From contig OZ025689.1 in the NCBI GenBank assembly GCA_964019335.1, forward strand, positions 1 through 64,000: 64,000 nucleotides of DNA. The letters run 5' to 3'. Below, piece by piece: positions 57,245 to 64,000 of the stretch (position 1 is its first letter; every line of letters starts with the position of its first letter). This DNA is from Diplonema japonicum (Eukaryota > Protista > Euglenozoa: Diplonemea). Position numbers and translations under genes: made by a program. The notes beneath the pieces are model-generated. The model saw nothing but the letters and a program-made list of their open reading frames with translations. It was not told where the DNA came from and ran no database searches.

Positions 57245-59712
57245 CTAGCCTTTAATATTACTCCCCTTCCGCTTTGCTGGCTTCGATTTCGATTTACTTG
57301 CAGCACCTGATGTGCTCTTCACGCTGAGGGACCGTTCTTTGCTGATGCCCATGCGTCGTTCCAGCTCCTTAACCTTCAATTCTGTTTTACTTAGTTGCTC
57401 TGCCACTTGTTTCGCCTTTTCTTTTGCTCGTTGTTGTTCTTTTGTTGCTAGCTGCAGTTCAAGCAATTGTGGCGCGAACTCCTTCTCATTTTCTGCAAGG
57501 TGTTTTTTTTTTTTCTTCTCTTTTTGGTTATTGTGAACTCCATACTCTCTTGGTAGCTTTTGATTTCTTGCTCGATTTTCAGTTGGTCCTTCTTCATGCG
57601 GTTAATCTTCTCGTCTTCGCTTTTGAGTTTGTTTTCAATCTTCCTTCGCACATTTTCTTGTTTCTGTTTCTCACGTTGCAGCTCGTCGCTCCGTGCTGCC
57701 ATGGCCTCCTCTTCTCTTGCGCGGCGCATGGATATTGTGTTGTATTCCTCTTCAAGTTTCTTAACATTGCCAAGGTACCCTGCCACGAGCTGTTTGACAT
57801 GTTCTTTCTTCTGCGACAAGTTCTCCTGCGTGATCTCCCTCCTTTTAATTTCTTGCACGATCTCTTCTTGTGTCCCGTGCAGTGTGGCCTCGTCTACCTT
57901 CAGCACGTCGATCTGCGACATTAAACGTGGTGCTGCCTGCCGTTTCCAAGCCTTGATATTCTTCTGGAGGTACGTTGCCACTGCGGAATAGCTCTTGAAC
58001 GAGAAGTCGTTATATGAAAAATCCAACTCGAGGATGCTTGTGTTCGTGCGCAAGGCTTCTGCAATGGCGTTCCTGCGTTGTTAATGAATCGTGTCAGCAA
58101 AGAACTAGAGGCATACCCAGAAAGCTTGATGTTGTTCTGCTTGATGTTCAAATGCTGCAGCGTGTTGTTGCTGGCGATCATCTCAGCGAGTGCCTTCCCA
58201 CCCGCATCGCTGACCTTGTTGTTCCCGATGTCCAAGAACCGCAGTGTTGTGTTCGCATGCAGTGCCTGCGCGATGGCAATGGCCCCCTCGTTTCCCAACA
58301 GGTTGTCTTGCATCTCAAGCTTCACCAGCGTTGCCTGCACTGCGAGCATGTCCCCTATCCGCACGCCCGCTTCAGGTGATATCTCGCACTTGCACATCGA
58401 GAGGTGTGTCAGAGACCTTTTGCGTGATATTTGACTGCGTCACAAAGCACACCTGTTGTCTTTGATTGTCTGTGCCAACTCCTCTGCAGCCTCTCCGCAC
58501 TCGTTGCCGTCAAGCTTCAGTACCCGCAGCACAGGAACCGTCTTGAACACGTTCGCTAACCATCTGCGATTCTTGAACACGCTGTGGTTAGAACATACCG
58601 CAGACCCTGCACCTTGATGTTATTGAAAGACAGATTCAAGAGTTCTATCTTCTCAGCAGCATTGCTGGGCATCTTGAGCGCCGCTGCGAGAACTGCCGCG
58701 CCCTTGTCTCTGATGTCATTCCTCTCAAGGTTTATGTTCTGTGTTTCATTCCAGTTAAGTAACGTATGCTACATACCCTTAAATTGCTGCTGTTCAGCAG
58801 TGGTCCCAGAACCGTGCACCCTTCCCACCCAAGATTGTTGCTCCCCAGGTCCAGTTCTGTCAAGGTTTGGTTCTGCTCTAGCCCGCTGGACATCAGCATC
58901 AGGCCTTCATTCCCCAGCCCGTTGGCCCCTAAACTCAGAATGGCCAAGGTTTCGTTTACGGCCAAGGCAGCACCGAAAGCCTTGGCGCCAGTGGACCCCA
59001 GGTGGTTCCTGTTAATGCCTGACAGACCACTCAAGTCGAGTGACGTGACAGTGCAGTTAGACTGCAGCGCTTCTGCGATTTTCTCCGCACCTACGAAACC
59101 GATATCGTTAGACTTCAATGCGATGTGCACCAGCGCGTCGTTCAGCATAAGCAGCTCTGCTATCCGTATGGCGCCTGCATCTTTCAGTCTGTTCCCGCTC
59201 AGGTCAAGCACAGCAAAGTGCTCATTGTCGGCCAAGAACGATGCAATGCACCCGGCACTGTGGTTGCCCAGCCCGTTCTCGCGCAGTGTGAAGTGCATTC
59301 CTCTGCAATTCTGTGACAGCAGCTGTATAAATCTGCTTTCTCTTTTCCGATTGGGCTGCAACCCTTGGTCGAGACACTTCGCATGATACAAGTCAGACAC
59401 TTCAGCTACGCTGAGATGCACCTTCTCCTCTTCCTCTTGCCGGAGGATCTGCTTGTCCACAAGTTCGTCGAACGAGGTGTACGAAGCAACATACGCCATG
59501 CCGGGCGGTAGGGGGCGTGGGAGAATCGTTTCCTCGTCTTCCGCATTGCACAGGAACTGCGGCGTCTGTGTCTTGTACCTTCGGGTCGAGTTCGTCGAAG
59601 AAGCTGACGTGGGACGGTTCTTCCCAACAGATGGCGGGCGTGGGCCTGCAGAGGCTGGCCGCGATGAGAACGTCTGTCTAGCGGGAGAACTAGAGCGCTC
59701 CTGTACTTCCAT
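57245..59712 (-). CDS. RNI-like leucine-rich-repeat protein with coiled-coil tail, multi-exon
   Basis: Repeats LDLSGNRLKDAGA, LDLGSNNLGWEG and LDIGNNKVSDAGG; GT-AG introns join the ORFs. Confidence 0.85.
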
Positions 59713-59741
59713 ATTTCTAGGGTTGTACAGTCTGTGAATAG

Positions 59742-60083
59742 TAATATGAGCTCGTCCGGATCCCCCCCCTCACCCCATTTTAACAATGTTTAAGAGTCCA
59801 GACCACCCAAAATGACCCCAGAGGTTTCACAGATTTTCAACCTGCGTCCATTCCTCCTCGCTTTTCACGGAAGAACTAAAATAAAAAATGGAGCCTGGGT
59901 TATTTGTAATTCCTGAACACCAAAAACCAAAAAAAAACCAAGAAACCATATTTTTGCACACACGTTTTAAAAATAAAACAAAGCGGCGAGAACTGTGACC
60001 TTTTTGGTCCAAATCTTACGGGGTCTCTTTTGCTACCTAGGAGGGTCATTTGTTGACATTTCCTTCCGAACGAGCTCATATTA
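59742..60083. mobile_element. ~342-bp MITE, second family
   Basis: TIRs TAATATGAGCTCGTCCGGA (59742-59760) and TCCGAACGAGCTCATATTA (60065-60083), 18/19 match; non-coding interior. Confidence 0.8.
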
Positions 60084-60237
60084 TATTATATGAAACCCAT
60101 CTTTTCGCCTGTTCCTAAGAATTATTGGACCACCCGTTCCATTGGACAAAGAGGGTACATCATCAGAACGCGGCAGTGGCCAGAAACAAAATAAAGATGT
60201 GGCACAACTCACTCACAATGGAAATTGAGAACAAGAG

Positions 60238-62313
60238 TTATTCTTCTATTTGCCTGACGGCTTTATCACCTCCAACAGGTGTCTTCGGTATCATCTTATC
60301 GACAACGTGCGAGCTCAGCATATTTACGTCAGTGGACGAAGTGACGGCCTCCTTGGCTTTCTTCAAGAGGTATGCCCGCATATCGTCAATGCGCGTCCTG
60401 CGTGGCTTGTAGCTAATTGTGGGTTTGTCATACGCTTGATGTCTCTCCAACTTCATGTTCCTCAGATTACTCCAGCTCCCAGTAGATCGTAAAGGCAGCT
60501 TTCCTTCCAAGCGCTTTCTCTTATTTTGATGCCAGTACATTTTCAGCTTGTTGAAGTACACCATCCTGAGACCATTGGAAAACATCGACAGCATCAGCAT
60601 CGTCATCTGTTCCACCTTGTTAATCATCCCACGCTTTTGCTGTACTTGCCGTTGATCTTTTGAACTCTTCGCCCAGCGTTCCCATTTGTCAAAATGAATT
60701 TTCAACCTGCTCTGATTGCTATTGTCGATATAGGCAGCAGCGATCTTACTAGTGTTGCACCCTGTTATCGGCCCCACATTGCTTTCCGTAGCGGCCAGCA
60801 GAGGCCACGTATGGAACAGAAGCCTGGTGGCATTCTGGCGCTGTACGGGGTCTCTTTGCAGACAGGAGATGCAGAAGTCGGTTAAGTCCTTGTCGGTTAG
60901 GCACTCAGGGGGGAGCTGGATGGGCAAAGACGTATTGCAAATGTATCTGATATGCTCCAGCTGGTTGGCGCACATATGCCTGAACGGTACATTTGCTGTA
61001 AGCATCTCCTGCACGGTGCAGCCTAAGGACCAAACGTCTACAGACTCGTCATACTCTTGCTGCATCACAACCTCCGGAGCCATCCAGAACGGCGTTCCTT
61101 CCAGGCTCTGTCTCCGCGGTCTTATGTCGCTTACCAATGCTGATGCACCGAAATCGCCAAGCTTGCACTCACCATCAACTGTAATTAAGATGTTAGCCCC
61201 TTTGATATCCCTATGCACGACCTTCCTGGAGTGCAAGTATTGTATGCCAATCAAGATCTGCCGTGTGTAGTAGCATGCTGTCTCTAACGACAAGCTACCG
61301 AATTGTTTCAGCACATCCGCTAGGGACCCCCCGGGGACGTACTCCATGAAGATGTTGACAGCAGCACCTGCTCGCTCTGTGAACAGGTAGCGTATGACAT
61401 TAGGGTGGTCCAGCTGTTTCATCGTAGATATCTCATTCTGGAGCTTTACAAGCTTCGATTTAATTTCTGCGTCTTGCAGGTTGAACTGGATGCTTTTGAC
61501 AGCCATCAGTTCCCCAGTGTCACAGTTAAGTCCAACGTGCACGCGACCATAGCCACCTTGACCCAGTAGGGCGCCCTTCTTCCAATTGAGATTCTTTCCA
61601 ACATCGCGTTGTTGTCTGCGTGGTGAGGCAGTGTGATTCACCTGCCGTCGTTGCACGTTGGGGACTTCCATGGCTTCCAGTTCTTCATCCACGGTGATGA
61701 TTCTGGTTTCGCTCTCACCGTGGCTTGAAGAATCACACAGGCTTGTCTGACAACGCTTTGCCAGCACCGGCGTGGGTTTGAAATGCTCGCCAGGGTACAA
61801 GCCGAGTTGTATCAAGCTTAGTGCAAAAATGATGAAGAGAGGGCAGGTGTGAAACCACATGGGCACATGGCGGGTTGAGGGTGTCTCGAAAATAGTAACC
61901 ACTAACATAAGAACCCCCCATATTGCATTGTGGATGGTCACGTAGAGCTCAGAGTGTAACCGAATCACACTCATGGCGCTGCACAGGAAAAACCCAAAGG
62001 CGCTGCCGCCCATCGAAGGACCAAAGTACGCGAAATTCCAAATGCTCAGGCAGAGCACTTCTACTTGAAGAACACTGGAAATGACCCTCGCCAATTTGCA
62101 CGCGCTATCTTGATGTAACCAAAAGTAAAAACTCGCTGCGAGTAGCACCACGAATCCCTGGGAACAGAACACAATTCCCAACACCTGTGACATTGAACCT
62201 CATTGTGATCATACCTTGCCAATACCCGTTGCCTCTAATATGGTCAGGATAAGGACGGGGATAGTCTGCAATGCACCGCATAATGCAGCCGCGGGGGGGA
62301 CGCCCTTATTCAT
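60238..62313 (-). CDS. Multi-pass membrane STE11/MEKK-family kinase
   Basis: About 5-6 N-terminal TM helices; GQGGYG, MAVK, FMEYVPGGSL, HRDIKGAN, DFG and GTPFWMAPE; 30-nt intron at 62185-62214. Confidence 0.88.
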
Positions 62314-62392
62314 GCGGGATCATGTGAACTCTGTTGTGTAGGCGTGGGATGTGAGAAGAGGCAAAAACACAAATACAAATACAGGTACAATA

Positions 62393-64000
62393 CTAACCGG
62401 TGCCTCCATCGACGTTAACGTTTGAGGACCTCCTCCTGCTCATAGATGGGCCTGAAAGGGTAGCTGAGGGGGCGGAGGGGACAGACGATGTGTTGGATGC
62501 CCGTCGCGCCGTGTGGGCGAGAGAAACAGGAGTGTCTTGGGCTATTTGCAATGGGGTTACAGGTGCAGACAGGTCGGCGTGACTTAGCACAGGTGTGTTC
62601 TGACTTACTGCGCCCTCTGCTTGCTTGAGCTTGTGCTGCTGTTGCATATCACGTAGCTGTGCCTGCAGAAACTCCAGCATATGCTTCTGCTCCGCCACCT
62701 GTGGCTGTGAGTGCGTCTGGGATGGGGTCTGCGCTGTTTGCGGAACAAAAGGCTGCTGCACATGCTGCGTAATTACAACTTGCGGCTGTGACATTTGCAC
62801 TACTTGCTGTGTGCGTGTTACCTGAGGCAATTGCTGTACTTGCTGTGTCTGCGTTTGCACTGGAGGGATCTGTTGTCCCTGCGGTGCCCGTGCTCTTTCA
62901 GCAAGTTCTCGCTCTTTAAGATGCTGCAACCTCACGATATCCTCTTGTTTGTCCAGCTCTTCTGCCATGATTCTCTGCTTGGCTTCGCTTTGCCTACCAA
63001 GAGTCTCTAACTTTTGCTTGGCCAAATGTTGCTCTCGTTCGATGCTCAGCAGCCTTGTCTGGATCATTCTGCTCTCCTGCGCTACCCCCTGTTGCTGGTT
63101 GGCCTTTTGTTCCAACGCCAGCTTGGTCGTCTCAATGTATCGCCGCGCCCTTATGGCAGCAGTGCATTCTATATCACGATAGGGAGAAGCAGTCCGGCCC
63201 TGGGGAACATGCACTGGTGATACAGATGGCTCAGAGAAGTGAGCGGGTGTGAATTCTGTGGGAGAATGACGCTCATGCGGACCAGGCACCGGAGTAGTAG
63301 GTTTTTCAGGAATGAGATGCTGTAGCTCCCTCAGCCGCTTTCTTGCCGCTTCAAGTTCTTGAATTAGTGCTACGACCGCAGAACGTAATTCGGGTTGACT
63401 ATCTGCAGTAGATCCAGCCCCATCCAGCAGTCCCGCCAGCCACGCCCATATCGCCCGTCCTTCTGCTGAGGCCAGCAGTGATTCATTCTCAGGAGGAGGG
63501 AAGGGGCTCAGCCTTGAATCCTGCGCCGTGCTGCTGCGGGCCCTCAGCACACTGGCGGAAATAGCATCATTCTTCATTGCTTCCATCATATACTGTTGGA
63601 TCGACTCACGCTGCAGTCGGCACTGCTCAATGCTAGCTTCCATTTGGTACAAGACCTCAGGCTCCATGTCTGTGATGGCTAACACCGGGAAAGGGGAAAA
63701 AAGAATGATACATGCAGAACTGATAGGCTAGATTGCTGGCTGATGCGTTTGATTTACTACTTTCCTTTCTTCTTGCGGTGGTCACTGCGCGCCTTGTGTG
63801 CATTAAAGCCGAATTTTGTTTCGTTCGACTTTCGCTTCTTGGCTAGTGAATATGACTCCTGTGATGAGGGTGCGTAGTCGTACAGCGTTACATACATTAA
63901 GGTGTGCGCTATCGGAGTCATCTGTCTTTCTCTTGTTGTATCCCTTTTCTTCCCTTTCCCTTTCCTTCAGTTCCGATGCTGCCTGCCTCTCCGCCTGCTC
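62393..64000 (-). CDS. Coiled-coil/Gln-rich protein, 5' part outside the window
   Basis: 430-aa ORF plus upstream exons separated by GTAT introns. Confidence 0.65.

Noticed and set aside
15000-63700. Fragmented host ORFs as pseudogenes or an alternative genetic code
   Set aside because: Where checked, the frames are restored by canonical tiny GT-AG introns.
5566-63731. Numerous + strand ORFs such as 6264..7472, 39004..39933 and 42088..42927
   Set aside because: They are antisense shadows of minus-strand coding regions with no recognisable motifs.

Overview
Eukaryotic DNA, almost certainly from a diplonemid euglenozoan: a 38-nt diplonemid-type spliced-leader (SL) exon lies at 8143-8180 on the minus strand. 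The left 9 kb is an accessory zone. It opens with a ~1.17-kb (GGGTTTGC)n array, whose G-rich strand points inward, joined sharply to a CRE/SLACS-type non-LTR retrotransposon on the minus strand (~1171-8180). The element begins with the SL. ORF1 carries an AlkB-family dioxygenase, Pro/Glu repeats, hydrophobic segments, a C2H2 finger and an OTU protease. ORF1 overlaps ORF2 through an ATGATGATG stop/start. ORF2 encodes zinc fingers, RT, thumb and a CCHC knuckle, is split by a ~0.8-kb insertion, and is cut off by the octamer array right after the RHD motif, so the endonuclease core is missing. From ~10 kb to the end, about 27 host genes all lie on the minus strand, often with very short spacers and many ~29-52-nt GT(ATG)-AG introns that explain the broken ORF track. 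Host products include TSR3, a peroxisome-targeted SDR, a PUF protein, a PKD2-like channel, two membrane-anchored STE11-like kinases, a cyclase-like receptor, and cNMP-binding, WD40, LRR and coiled-coil proteins. Two MITE families are also present. All calls come from motif recognition by eye; no searches were run.
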